Shown here: positions 17,565-26,889 of the stretch, in pieces | How the letters are laid out: each line of letters opens with the position of its first letter | Numbering within the stretch: the first letter of the stretch is position 1 | Virus genome (UHGV): UHGV-1380027 | Origin: a virus | Strand: one strand, 5' to 3' | DNA length: 64,000 nt | Translations under genes and position numbers: made by a program | The notes under the pieces: model-generated | The model's database searches: none | Told to the model about the DNA's origin: nothing | What the model saw: the letters and a program-made list of their open reading frames with translations, nothing else

Positions 17565-18931
17565 ACGTCCCCCTTTTCTGCTCTAGTTTCAAAATCTTTC
17601 CTGACTTTCTCGTCTAAGCCAGGGAAAGTTGTATTATAAAACTCTACGACTCTCGGGTCAACAATAATATCCACCTCTCTTAATGGACGCAACAAGTTTA
17701 TTCCTTGTATCGTCTTAACCCGACTCAAGGCAACATACGTCATTCCGGGAGAGAAAGCTCCGTTCTTTCCGAGGTCTAGGTTGTAACAATCTAACGTAAG
17801 TCCTTGACTTTTATGCGATGTTACTGCGTACCCAGATTTCAAAGGAAGTTGCTCATAAGACCCGATCACAACCCTCTCTATGAACTTCTCCATCTTCCTT
17901 TCGGCAATATTGTACCTCTGGGAAGGTTTGTACTCGTTATTCTCCCACAATCTTGGCTCAATTTCAACCTGTGTTCCGTCTTCTAGCTCAACTACTACGG
18001 ATTTGGTCTTGAATTTTACCACTGTGGCACGTGTCCCGTTAACATAATACGGGACTTTGTGAGTAGGGTCAACATCGTTTGAGGTTATCATAACCTTCAT
18101 CCCTATCTTCAGCCTCATTTCCTGCTCCACAGGTAGTGTGGAAGGGAACTTACCTTTCATTTTACCAATGTAGGTCTTCTCTGGGGCCTTGATGGCATCA
18201 TAGAAACGTCTGTTCACCTCCTCTGCTTGCTTATTGGTGGCACAGATGGTCAAGGCATCTGTTGGGACACCACCATGATAGCAACGAGTGTTAAGCTCTG
18301 CTACAACCTCTTTTATGCGACGACCTTCACGAACACAGTTCAACATTGTGGCGAAGCGAACAGATTCCTGACGGAACTGGTCTACCAAGGCTATGTTGTG
18401 AAGATTAAGATCCTCCCAAGATTCTGTATAGCAACACAGATCTGTGTGGTAGAAGTTGAAGTAGGCTTCTTTCTCCATAGAAGAGACAACTGGAGGTGCT
18501 TGGTAGAAATCTCCAAACAATAACACCTGAATGCCTCCGAAAGGTTTGTCATTTTTCCGAAGAAAGCGGAGTTTTCTATCCATCTCTATGAACTTGTCAG
18601 CACGGATCATAGAGATTTCATCGATAATCAGGATGGTAAATGCCTTGCTTTTCAGAGGCTTTGCTGTTTTTGCCCTTATTGCTGTCCAGTCTGACTCCAT
18701 GCTCACACCTGCGGCAAGATCGAAAGTTCGGTGCGCTGTTGCTCCATTAACGTTTAAAGCGGCTACCCCTGTCGGGGCAACCGTTATGCAAGAGTCTCCA
18801 TACATGGACTGGATCATGTTGATAAGATATGTCTTCCCGGTTCCACCAGGTCCACTTACGAAGACATTCTCACCGCTCATGATTGCAACAAGGGCAGCAT
18901 CTGTGCCTACATCGTACTGCCCTTTTTCCAT
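17561..18931 (-). CDS. SF1 DNA helicase, Dda/RecD/Pif1-like (456 aa)
   Basis: Walker A VSGPGGTGKTY near N-terminus, Walker B IIDEISM, helicase-like C-terminal region. Confidence 0.75.
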   Translation of the reverse strand: MEKGQYDVGTDAALVAIMSGENVFVSGPGGTGKTYLINMIQSMYGDSCITVAPTGVAALNVNGATAHRTFDLAAGVSMESDWTAIRAKTAKPLKSKAFTILIIDEISMIRADKFIEMDRKLRFLRKNDKPFGGIQVLLFGDFYQAPPVVSSMEKEAYFNFYHTDLCCYTESWEDLNLHNIALVDQFRQESVRFATMLNCVREGRRIKEVVAELNTRCYHGGVPTDALTICATNKQAEEVNRRFYDAIKAPEKTYIGKMKGKFPSTLPVEQEMRLKIGMKVMITSNDVDPTHKVPYYVNGTRATVVKFKTKSVVVELEDGTQVEIEPRLWENNEYKPSQRYNIAERKMEKFIERVVIGSYEQLPLKSGYAVTSHKSQGLTLDCYNLDLGKNGAFSPGMTYVALSRVKTIQGINLLRPLREVDIIVDPRVVEFYNTTFPGLDEKVRKDFETRAEKGDV

Positions 18932-20136
18932 TACGCCTCCTCGTAGATAATGTCGATAGTATTACCGTCGCGGTCAACCACGTACTCAATTGGGTCGCCA
19001 TCTTTGCGCGATTCTGGAGCTACTACGATTTCGTAGCGGCATGCACGGCACTTGGCGCTGTTGTGTTGGTAAGGTACACTAACTACATCAGCAGGGTCAA
19101 CCATAACCGTCATCACAGTTCCGTAGCTCTTTGCATACTCTTTGCTGGCACAGTGCAGGCCATAAGAGCATGCAGCTTCCGGATCATCCTCTACAAAGTT
19201 ACGAGGCATGGATACAAAAGCCCCCTGGTATTGTGGGACTTTACCACTGTGCCAATCCACCCACTTGTCGCCGTTAAACTGAACCCCTTTGTAGCAAATG
19301 ATTCGACCATCTTCTGCAATCTGAATGTCGTTTGCCTGCATAAAATCGTAGAGCATGTTTACAGATTTTGCAGAAGGATTGCGTAGCAGGCGAACGAGGA
19401 ATTTCACATAGCGGTCATCCAGTGTTCCGTCTGCATAATCTTTCTCAATTTTCTTTGCAATGGTGGATCGCATCTCTACACCGTAGTAGTAGAGCTTACC
19501 ATCTTTCATGATCAGGTTGTCTGCAAGTGTGGTGAACTCATTCTTGCGTTCCAGCCAGACAAGGATTTCACCAATTGCCTCGTCATATTCCTGAACAGAG
19601 ATATGGTCGAAGACTTTCTGGTAAACTTCCTCACTTTCACTGCGGCGAATTTCAAAAATACCTTCGTTGCAGGTGATCTGGAGGAGTTCCCCGCAAATAA
19701 CCACCAAAGGCTCGATGCTTCGGGTCTGTTGCTGAGACACACTGCTCACCACCTCCAGCACCGGGTCTTTGACTTCTACTAAAGGTTCTTCTGACTTGAT
19801 TGCTACCCCAGTGAACCCTACACCGTGAACAACACACAGCGGATATACCACGCCCCAACGTTTAACGGAACCTTCGCCTAAGTCTAAGATCATGGCGTAC
19901 TTACCGTTATCTTCCAGCCCATATCGAAATAAACGGGCCTCTTCACGGGTTTCAAAATCCTCACGGGTGTAGCAGACGCTGTCACGGTCAGGATCGAACA
20001 ACTCTGGGGCACCTACTGCCAGTGTCCAGGTTGTGTTACCTTTCTCAATAGCGCATGTGAAACCCTTCTTCTCAAGCTCTGCACGGCGGTCACGTGCTTC
20101 TTTACGAGTTTTGAAATGTTCGTAGATGAAAATCAT
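18931..20136 (-). CDS. hypothetical protein downstream of rIIA-like gene (rIIB-like position), ~401 aa
   Basis: start set to ATG at 20136 with SD AGGAGA (track TTG at 20172 overlaps upstream gene); two N-terminal ~35-aa repeats (KTRKEARDRRAELEKKGF / ETREEARLFRYGLEDNGKY). Confidence 0.45.
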   Translation of the reverse strand: MIFIYEHFKTRKEARDRRAELEKKGFTCAIEKGNTTWTLAVGAPELFDPDRDSVCYTREDFETREEARLFRYGLEDNGKYAMILDLGEGSVKRWGVVYPLCVVHGVGFTGVAIKSEEPLVEVKDPVLEVVSSVSQQQTRSIEPLVVICGELLQITCNEGIFEIRRSESEEVYQKVFDHISVQEYDEAIGEILVWLERKNEFTTLADNLIMKDGKLYYYGVEMRSTIAKKIEKDYADGTLDDRYVKFLVRLLRNPSAKSVNMLYDFMQANDIQIAEDGRIICYKGVQFNGDKWVDWHSGKVPQYQGAFVSMPRNFVEDDPEAACSYGLHCASKEYAKSYGTVMTVMVDPADVVSVPYQHNSAKCRACRYEIVVAPESRKDGDPIEYVVDRDGNTIDIIYEEA

Positions 20137-20146
20137 CTTGGTCTCC

Positions 20147-22129
20147 TTATTTGATGTTATTCTTTGTATCAATCAGTTCACGGTATTCAATCATAGCAGG
20201 AGTGTCCCAATATTTCAAGCCTACATGCTTCAAAAGTGGATATTTCTTTTCCAATCTTGCAATATAGGCCTTCCCGCACTTAACCCGGTTGGCGATTAAG
20301 ATTTTGGCACGATGATTTAGCTCACCGTACTTCCACGTGGTGCTACCTTCCCACTTGTGGAAATGTGGCCGATAACTTCCAAAATCCTGCATGGGGATAA
20401 TTTTACCTAACTGTCTGCACAGGCTGTCATATGAAGTTTCATTTGCTGCGCGAGTTAGTAAGAATTTCCAAGCATCCTCTTTCAACAAATGTTCCACATT
20501 CTTCTCTGTAACATATTGGCAATCAGGATCAGTCCAAAGCAGACGAGATTCCGACACCAGGTACAGATCTTCCCCTTCAGGAATCTGGAGTGCCGCACGC
20601 ACACGGTCATAATCTTGCTGGTAGATGTTGCTCATCTGCCCTAGCCAACAACTTCCGCGTTGGATATCCCCCTCATACGGTATGCAGTGCTTAATCTTCC
20701 TGAACTCTGCCTTAGTAATACGCTCACGCCGGAAGTAACCATCCTTCTCAAGTTTTTTAACCCAATAGCCTGGTTCGTAACGGGTTTTGGTTTCACCTTT
20801 CTTCGTAGGTCGGCGTGGAAGCTCCGATAACAATTTGACCGTATCTGCAAAAAACGGATGGTGTGCCGCCTCTTTAAACTCTTTCACCAGATCCGTGTTA
20901 CGGCAATAGAAAACGTTGCGTCCGGTAATCTCGCTTAAGTAGTTACACTTATTCCGGTTATATTTGCCGTCTCCGTCGTTAAATACTAAATAAACTCCCC
21001 GTAAGAATTCTACCTTTCCGTAGCAGGCGTAACCTATGCGGCCTTTATTTAAGCCGCCAGCGAAGATCTCGCAGTCCCCCAAATTTCCTAGCCCTGTTTC
21101 TTCCCAGCGGTCATACATAAAATTCTTACCGAAGATGTGCCCGAACACTCCACTGTTCTTCATCATCTCGCGTGCTTCTGAGGATGTTTTTGCTGTCTCC
21201 AGTTCTGCAACAACTTCTGCTCCACGAAGGCGAATGCCTTCTTTGACAAAAGCTTCCAAACGCTCTTGGAATCCACCATCGTCGTGACCTTCTATGGTCC
21301 ATTCACGCCCTGGGTTAATATTGCAATCTCCGATAGGGATCTCTACACAAATTGCAGGATAATCTATTAGTGTCTCCAGGAACTTAGAACGGTAAGGTTG
21401 GTGACCCATTACCACACGACTCTCGTCAGAGCTGGTATAACCCTTCAGGATGGTCATCTTCCAACCATCTTTTTCATAATAATACTGCGCCTCTACTTTG
21501 TCTCCCTCCAGCATCTTGCTCGTCATCGGGTCGGTGACAGTGAACGGAAATTTTGCATAGCGCAGGCATGATGCAATAGCGGTGCGATATTTCAGAACAT
21601 GCTCTTTCTTAACATGAAACTGAACTTTTACCCCGTTGTGCTCTTCAGTCTTCCGCTCACGGATCTTGGTGACATTTGGGATACCCTGGTCCAAGAACAA
21701 TAGGTATGTGCTTTCCACACCGTTGTGCACACTGATTACATCGAAAGTGTCCACCATGCTGAACGGGGCCTTTGAACCAACACCTTTATTGCCTACCAGA
21801 GCGTTGCTGTTGCGCTTGGTCGACTCACCGAGGTTCATGAAAGTGTTACGGACCATCTCTTCTGACATGCCTAATCCAACGTCCTGCACAAAGAAGTATG
21901 GTTCAAGGTCTGTAGGAGAGTGAATGATGATCGGAACATCACCCCGTCCAGACTCAACATGGGAGTCCACAGCATTGAAGATCGGTTCACGGCAGCTTGC
22001 CAGTACCTTATCTTCATAAATCCCTTTGATGATTAGCCCAAAAGTCTCTTTGTTCAGAGAAATTGATCCCCTGGTTACCTCCATATTCCCAGTTAGCACC
22101 GCTTTAGTTTCATTGCTGTTTACAATCAT
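20147..22129 (-). CDS. GHKL/Bergerat-fold ATPase domain protein, rIIA-like (660 aa)
   Basis: N-box REPIFNAVDS, G1 DVGLGM, G2 GNKGVGSK in N-terminal third; SD AAGGAG. Confidence 0.5.
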   Translation of the reverse strand: MIVNSNETKAVLTGNMEVTRGSISLNKETFGLIIKGIYEDKVLASCREPIFNAVDSHVESGRGDVPIIIHSPTDLEPYFFVQDVGLGMSEEMVRNTFMNLGESTKRNSNALVGNKGVGSKAPFSMVDTFDVISVHNGVESTYLLFLDQGIPNVTKIRERKTEEHNGVKVQFHVKKEHVLKYRTAIASCLRYAKFPFTVTDPMTSKMLEGDKVEAQYYYEKDGWKMTILKGYTSSDESRVVMGHQPYRSKFLETLIDYPAICVEIPIGDCNINPGREWTIEGHDDGGFQERLEAFVKEGIRLRGAEVVAELETAKTSSEAREMMKNSGVFGHIFGKNFMYDRWEETGLGNLGDCEIFAGGLNKGRIGYACYGKVEFLRGVYLVFNDGDGKYNRNKCNYLSEITGRNVFYCRNTDLVKEFKEAAHHPFFADTVKLLSELPRRPTKKGETKTRYEPGYWVKKLEKDGYFRRERITKAEFRKIKHCIPYEGDIQRGSCWLGQMSNIYQQDYDRVRAALQIPEGEDLYLVSESRLLWTDPDCQYVTEKNVEHLLKEDAWKFLLTRAANETSYDSLCRQLGKIIPMQDFGSYRPHFHKWEGSTTWKYGELNHRAKILIANRVKCGKAYIARLEKKYPLLKHVGLKYWDTPAMIEYRELIDTKNNIK

Positions 22130-22626
22130 TTATTGCGCTCCTTGTAGTAGATATGACTCCCGAATTGAGCTGTCCTCTGCATCTTTTTTGCCCATTTCGG
22201 TCGTACTTTTGTTGTATGGTAGTGTGTTGCTCCACCTGTTATATCCATAGCCATGTATGCAACATGGTTGTTATTATAGACCTTTAGAAGCATCTTTGCA
22301 AGACTTTTAGCGTGATCCCATGAATCTTTTTCTGTCACCTTAAAAGTTTTGCCGTGGTTTGTCCACGAAAACTGGTTAGGTTGGTAGACAATCTTTCTTA
22401 TAGTGTCTGGGTATTTGGGGTGAGATTTCCTGTTTAGTGTGGCAAATCCGGATGCCAGCATCCCCATCGTGCCATCCCCTCTAGCCTCCCTGTAGATATT
22501 GCATGCTAGAATGTTTTCCTTAGTATCCGACGGCTTGCAAGTGTGATATACTTTTTGTTTTGGTGCTGCAACAACAGGCAGCGATAAAAATGCGCTCAAA
22601 ATAATAGCAAAGATTTTAATTTTCAC
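22126..22626 (-). CDS. secreted cell-wall hydrolase, SleB/CwlJ-like (166 aa) with signal peptide
   Basis: N-terminal signal peptide MKIKIFAIILSAFLSLPVVAAP; motifs CNIYREARGD and YQPNQFSW. Confidence 0.6.
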   Translation of the reverse strand: MKIKIFAIILSAFLSLPVVAAPKQKVYHTCKPSDTKENILACNIYREARGDGTMGMLASGFATLNRKSHPKYPDTIRKIVYQPNQFSWTNHGKTFKVTEKDSWDHAKSLAKMLLKVYNNNHVAYMAMDITGGATHYHTTKVRPKWAKKMQRTAQFGSHIYYKERNK

Positions 22627-22646
22627 AATAGCTCCAAATAGAAAAT

Positions 22647-22662
22647 CCCCGCCGAAGCGGGG
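22647..22662 (-). terminator. rho-independent terminator hairpin (UUCG-loop type)
   Basis: minus-strand RNA CCCCGC-UUCG-GCGGGG followed by AUUUUCUAUUU; the U-tract overlaps the SD of the hydrolase gene. Confidence 0.6.
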
Positions 22663-22675
22663 TGTGTCTTAGAAA

Positions 22676-23056
22676 TTAATCGTAGTGTGCCAAAATCTCT
22701 CCATCGTTGCAAGTCCCCTCTACGAAGTTGTGAAGATTCATGCATTCATCTTGATAGAAGAATTTACCGCTTTTCAGCCGTAGACCAAACAACTCCGCAT
22801 CTCCACGATGGCAAGCCTCTACAAGTTCATAGATTTCATACGGTAATTCCCCATCGTCATGGAAGAACCCCGCTTTATCGTTGACATAGATGAAGAAATA
22901 GTCACTGCTGTCGCAAGCGTCCAGTATTTTAAACCAGATTTCATCCACATCTTTTTCTCGGATATCGATCACACAAGTGGAGCTGCATTCGTACTCCTTC
23001 TCCGGCTCCTCGGTCAATACCACTAGGTAGTTTCCCCGCTTACCTACTTTAGCCAT
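22676..23056 (-). CDS. hypothetical protein (126 aa)
   Basis: co-oriented ORF. Confidence 0.5.
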   Translation of the reverse strand: MAKVGKRGNYLVVLTEEPEKEYECSSTCVIDIREKDVDEIWFKILDACDSSDYFFIYVNDKAGFFHDDGELPYEIYELVEACHRGDAELFGLRLKSGKFFYQDECMNLHNFVEGTCNDGEILAHYD

Positions 23057-23065
23057 ACAACCTCC

Positions 23066-24250
23066 TCAAGCTTTAGCTAAAATGGCGCTAAACTCTTCAC
23101 CAAACTCTTTTACAATCTTCATCAGGTTTGGGTATGCTTTGATCAGCTGAGCAACGATCTTGTCCCTGCCTTTACCAATAAGTAAGGCATTTCCTAAGGC
23201 GTTAGGTTTCATCATCGCCATAAAGACTGAGAATACAAAGTCTCGGTTCTCATCCTTGAAATTTTCCCAAAGGAAATCAAGGAAGTTTGCCACACAGCTG
23301 ACGAGATCTTCGTCGGAGATACTTGCATTTTCCATCATATTACGAATAGCGATACAACCTTCAGACCCCAGAATCCACAAGATGTCTGGCTGCTTAGGAC
23401 CTACATATTCTTTGCAGCCTCCTGCCATAATCCGACCGATTTCTGGCAAGTTTCGTTTCTTGGTGTGGTAGGTCCAAATTTCTACCGCTGCAGTGTGACC
23501 AATTGCACCTTGTAGAAGGACACGGGCCATAGCGTCAGAAATAATACCGCTGTCAAAATCGTGCAGGATGTCAGATGCAGCAACCCAAGATCGCGGTGTA
23601 GCAAAAGATGGACAATTAATCTCAGCCATGGCCTCATAATTATCGATGGCTGATGGGACTCTTTTCAGATATCCAATTACCGAGGAGTGCACCCCATTAA
23701 GGAATGCATAGTCCTCAATAAACACCTCTGCACTGCTTGTAACTTCTACAATGATAAAGCGGTTAGCTAGAGGAGCTTCGAGCGCCGAAAGAACAGCACC
23801 GTCTGTAGCACGGTTACCTGCAGCTACAAAAACAGAGCCCTTAGGAAATGCATAGGTGCCGCACTTGTGGTCGAGCATAATTTGCATTGCAACCTTCTGC
23901 AGGTAGTTATCTGCATGAGTAAGCTCATCTAGAAAGATAATTCCGCTCCAGTCCGGATCTGCAGGCCAAAATTCTGGAATTGCAAACACTGTGCGTGTAG
24001 TCCCATCCGACTCTACAGGGATAGGTAGCCCAGATAAGTCAGCAGGATCTTTATCTGACAACCGCACGTCAACCAGGTTGTCATCTCGCTCACCGAACAT
24101 GTTATCAGCAATCTGCTTCATCACCTGGCTCTTCCCCACGCCCATCGGTCCTAAAATCAGGACAGATCGGTTATGACGCTGGGCAAATTGAATAATAGCT
24201 GGCAACTCGCGGACAGTGATTTGACCACTTTCGAATACGTTTCTTGACAT
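23066..24250 (-). CDS. AAA+ ATPase, MoxR/AAA_5-like (394 aa)
   Basis: Walker A LGPMGVGKSQ, Walker B IIFLDELTHA, sensor-region AAGNRATDG. Confidence 0.65.
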   Translation of the reverse strand: MSRNVFESGQITVRELPAIIQFAQRHNRSVLILGPMGVGKSQVMKQIADNMFGERDDNLVDVRLSDKDPADLSGLPIPVESDGTTRTVFAIPEFWPADPDWSGIIFLDELTHADNYLQKVAMQIMLDHKCGTYAFPKGSVFVAAGNRATDGAVLSALEAPLANRFIIVEVTSSAEVFIEDYAFLNGVHSSVIGYLKRVPSAIDNYEAMAEINCPSFATPRSWVAASDILHDFDSGIISDAMARVLLQGAIGHTAAVEIWTYHTKKRNLPEIGRIMAGGCKEYVGPKQPDILWILGSEGCIAIRNMMENASISDEDLVSCVANFLDFLWENFKDENRDFVFSVFMAMMKPNALGNALLIGKGRDKIVAQLIKAYPNLMKIVKEFGEEFSAILAKA

Positions 24251-24519
24251 TAGTAAAAGTCCTCTACTTGTGTGTAAGTGTTTTCAAAGTTTTCCAAAAC
24301 AGACATCACATCGGATCTGTCAATATCATACGCAACTCTCCAGCCATATGCAACCCTTTCTGCTGTTGCCTCTTCTGGCGCTAGTCGTCTGCTGGCATAA
24401 AAGAGTGTTGGAGTACACTTTCTTGCTTGCCCTCTAACTTTCCCATAATAATATCTGTGAATATCTTTGTCAAAATTTAATTCTTTTTCTGCACGAAGTT
24501 CGTACTGCTGGTATAACAT
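24250..24519 (-). CDS. hypothetical protein (89 aa)
   Basis: co-oriented ORF, start overlaps stop of upstream gene. Confidence 0.45.
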   Translation of the reverse strand: MLYQQYELRAEKELNFDKDIHRYYYGKVRGQARKCTPTLFYASRRLAPEEATAERVAYGWRVAYDIDRSDVMSVLENFENTYTQVEDFY

Positions 24520-24563
24520 CTCTACTGCTCCTTAAGCAGCATCCTTGCCGCCATCCCTGCCCA

Positions 24564-24944
24564 CTAAAATGCAGTCCGAATCCAGACAAGGTTCTTATCT
24601 GCCCAATCATAGAGGCAAGTCATTGCACTATTGAATTGCTCACACGGAGGATAATCTTCTTCCATCTTGCGCATAGCAGAGCCTTGTGGGTAAAGCTCCC
24701 GTGCTGCAAACCACGCGTCGTAGTCATCAACGGTATCGAAGTAGTATACAACATCCTCCAACTCAGGATCGAACTTTGAACTATCAGGATCCAGCCGTTC
24801 AGGGAACTTGGAGCGTAACTTGCCAGCCACAATACTTGCCAACTCGCTAACATGTTTGTTGTCCCACTCTACCAGTTTCCCGTCTTCAGTTATGCGTCCT
24901 AACCACTGATCATGAAGGTCAACTGTTGTCTTCCACTGGGCCAT
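24564..24944 (-). CDS. hypothetical protein (126 aa)
   Basis: co-oriented ORF. Confidence 0.5.
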   Translation of the reverse strand: MAQWKTTVDLHDQWLGRITEDGKLVEWDNKHVSELASIVAGKLRSKFPERLDPDSSKFDPELEDVVYYFDTVDDYDAWFAARELYPQGSAMRKMEEDYPPCEQFNSAMTCLYDWADKNLVWIRTAF

Positions 24945-24946
24945 TA

Positions 24947-25204
24947 TCAGTCTACCTCTTCTTCTCGTTGCAGTTCAAGATACCCATAGGTCTGGATATC
25001 TTCAAAGGTGTGGAACTCTCCATCTGCCGCTAAGGCACGGACAACCTGGCATAGAGTTTTATAAGGTACTTTCTCCAAACCCAGATTCAGCGCAGGAAAA
25101 ACCTTATCTAAGTCAACAAAATATACAAACTGTAGCTCACCAGTTTCAAAAGGCGTATCTTCGATAAACATCTTCTCGGCATTAGTTAAGATTTGCACTT
25201 TCAT
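24947..25204 (-). CDS. hypothetical protein (85 aa)
   Basis: co-oriented ORF. Confidence 0.45.
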   Translation of the reverse strand: MKVQILTNAEKMFIEDTPFETGELQFVYFVDLDKVFPALNLGLEKVPYKTLCQVVRALAADGEFHTFEDIQTYGYLELQREEEVD

Positions 25205-25560
25205 TATTCTGACTCCTCTTCTTTTTCTTCAGCATTAGTTTCAGTACCACCCCACTCTGGAGTTTCCACCTCGACAGTAAACTCACGCACTACACGGTAA
25301 TTGCCCATGAAGCGCTCCACTTCTTCAAGGCTTATGGAGAGGCCATTGGCAACCAAGTCTGCAGCACCCTTCTCTACCAGGTAGTCCAGATTGGCTTCCA
25401 AGGCTTCAGGCTCAAACCCTGTCAATGCAATCATATAACCTTCCCCTTCATCAGGGAGGGCAATACAGCCCAACTGATTTTCTTTAAAAAAGCAGTGACC
25501 ATCACTATTGATTGGTTGCTCATTGCAGTAAATAGCTGCACGATAAGTAACTTTAGACAT
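25204..25560 (-). CDS. hypothetical protein (118 aa), acidic C-terminus
   Basis: co-oriented ORF. Confidence 0.5.
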   Translation of the reverse strand: MSKVTYRAAIYCNEQPINSDGHCFFKENQLGCIALPDEGEGYMIALTGFEPEALEANLDYLVEKGAADLVANGLSISLEEVERFMGNYRVVREFTVEVETPEWGGTETNAEEKEEESE

Positions 25561-25572
25561 TGATAGGCCTCC

Positions 25573-25851
25573 TTAGGCAACTGTCATTTTACATTCTTGA
25601 AATTTTAGCACAAGACGGTGATTGTGTCTAGTGTCTAAAAAGATTTTTTCAACCATCAGGCACACGGTATAACCGTCTGTCTTGTTGACAACAAAATCCC
25701 CAGGGTGAGGGAGAATGTCCCCAGGATTGGGGAAACATAACCCGCTCAAGAAGGCATCATCGGTGGTGGACTTAATGGATTTCCACACACTATCTGCCTG
25801 AACATTCTCACCAACATAATATACACTACCACATGACTTCATCATAGTCAA
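25573..25851 (-). CDS. hypothetical protein (92 aa)
   Basis: co-oriented ORF. Confidence 0.45.
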   Translation of the reverse strand: MTMMKSCGSVYYVGENVQADSVWKSIKSTTDDAFLSGLCFPNPGDILPHPGDFVVNKTDGYTVCLMVEKIFLDTRHNHRLVLKFQECKMTVA

Positions 25852-26747
25852 ATCTCCGCGTAAATTAAACTGGAATCAGTATACTTCTTTAGTGGGTAAA
25901 TATCCTGTCCATAGATGCCGTCATTAAACACCTCATCTACCCAAAGGCTACACTTATATCCCATCATCTCTAAAACACCCATCTCTTCTTCGGTAAACTT
26001 ATCACCGCTCTTGCAAGATGTCAACACCTCATTCTGTACTCTTGCTACCTCGAAGCGATTATTGGCAATATCGCTATTGGCGATCAAATACTCACCTAAA
26101 GGGTGTGCGGCATTAAAGATGCACAGTGGGCGGTTGACGTAATAGTCTCCAGGTGTATAAAAATTATTGAGGTCTTTCACTAGGACATTCTTATCAGTCA
26201 CTTCATTTATAACATCATGCATATCGCACATCTTTATATGTTTGAGGATTCCATCCCCCATCACAAAATAAAAACTTGCTGAGACACTCTCGGCATAGAT
26301 CTTACTAGATCCGTTGTAGTTGTATTTTACTCGGATGCTAACGGGGGTTTTTCCTGTCGCGTTAGCCATCATCCAAAGAAATGGCAGCTCATACTTCTCC
26401 TCTGAGGAAACAAAAGGTGAAGTTGCCAGAGATCGGAAACCTCCAGAGAAGTTGAAAGTTACAGAACCGCTCCGGCGGTATGATACTGCGTATTCCACTT
26501 TTATATCAACATATCCGTTGGAGTAAGTATGCCCTCCATTATCAAGGTATGTCCACTTATCTGACCCAGATACCAACCTCCGCTCAATTACCTTCATCAC
26601 TACAGGGATTAGCGGATTAGTACAAACCGATTTTGAAGTAGCTTTATCATCCAAAGCCTCGTAAATTGCAGAAAGGATATCACCTGCTGAGAGATTGGTT
26701 GTGATATCTTGTTTCCACCTGGTGCTAAAACTGTTAAGATTTGCCAT
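25848..26747 (-). CDS. hypothetical protein (299 aa), first gene of the minus-strand early block
   Basis: preceded by consensus-like promoter and SD TAGGAG. Confidence 0.55.
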   Translation of the reverse strand: MANLNSFSTRWKQDITTNLSAGDILSAIYEALDDKATSKSVCTNPLIPVVMKVIERRLVSGSDKWTYLDNGGHTYSNGYVDIKVEYAVSYRRSGSVTFNFSGGFRSLATSPFVSSEEKYELPFLWMMANATGKTPVSIRVKYNYNGSSKIYAESVSASFYFVMGDGILKHIKMCDMHDVINEVTDKNVLVKDLNNFYTPGDYYVNRPLCIFNAAHPLGEYLIANSDIANNRFEVARVQNEVLTSCKSGDKFTEEEMGVLEMMGYKCSLWVDEVFNDGIYGQDIYPLKKYTDSSLIYAEI

Positions 26748-26787
26748 GAGTAAGTGCTCCTATGTTAGTTTTCTTTTGAATGGGTGC

Positions 26788-26816
26788 ACTATATCGTGGA
26801 TTTAGAGTAAAGTCAA
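26788..26816 (-). promoter_or_regulatory. sigma70-type promoter (TTGACT-N17-TATAGT) for leftward early block
   Basis: on minus strand TTGACT (26816-26811), 17-nt spacer, TATAGT (26793-26788). Confidence 0.55.
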
Positions 26817-26829
26817 TACGTTTTTCAGG

Positions 26830-26858
26830 TTGACATCTTCTCAGGCACTTGGTAAGAT
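26830..26858 (+). promoter_or_regulatory. sigma70-type promoter (TTGACA-N17-TAAGAT) for rightward cassette
   Basis: TTGACA 26830-26835, 17-nt spacer, TAAGAT 26853-26858; divergent to the minus promoter. Confidence 0.5.
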
Positions 26859-26889
26859 TTCTCCACCCACAGAGAACAAGAGACAACTC

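Noticed and set aside
18227-19386. Plus-strand ORFs of 98-167 aa
   Set aside because: Antisense to the SF1 helicase and downstream gene; no independent support
24620-24853. 77-aa minus-strand ORF
   Set aside because: Nested in an alternative frame of ORF 24564..24944, which is longer and fits the gene array
26830-26889. TTG start at 26830 for the first plus-strand gene (track ORF 26830..27879)
   Set aside because: This stretch contains the -35/-10 promoter elements; the ATG at 26890 is the first plausible start downstream of the transcription start
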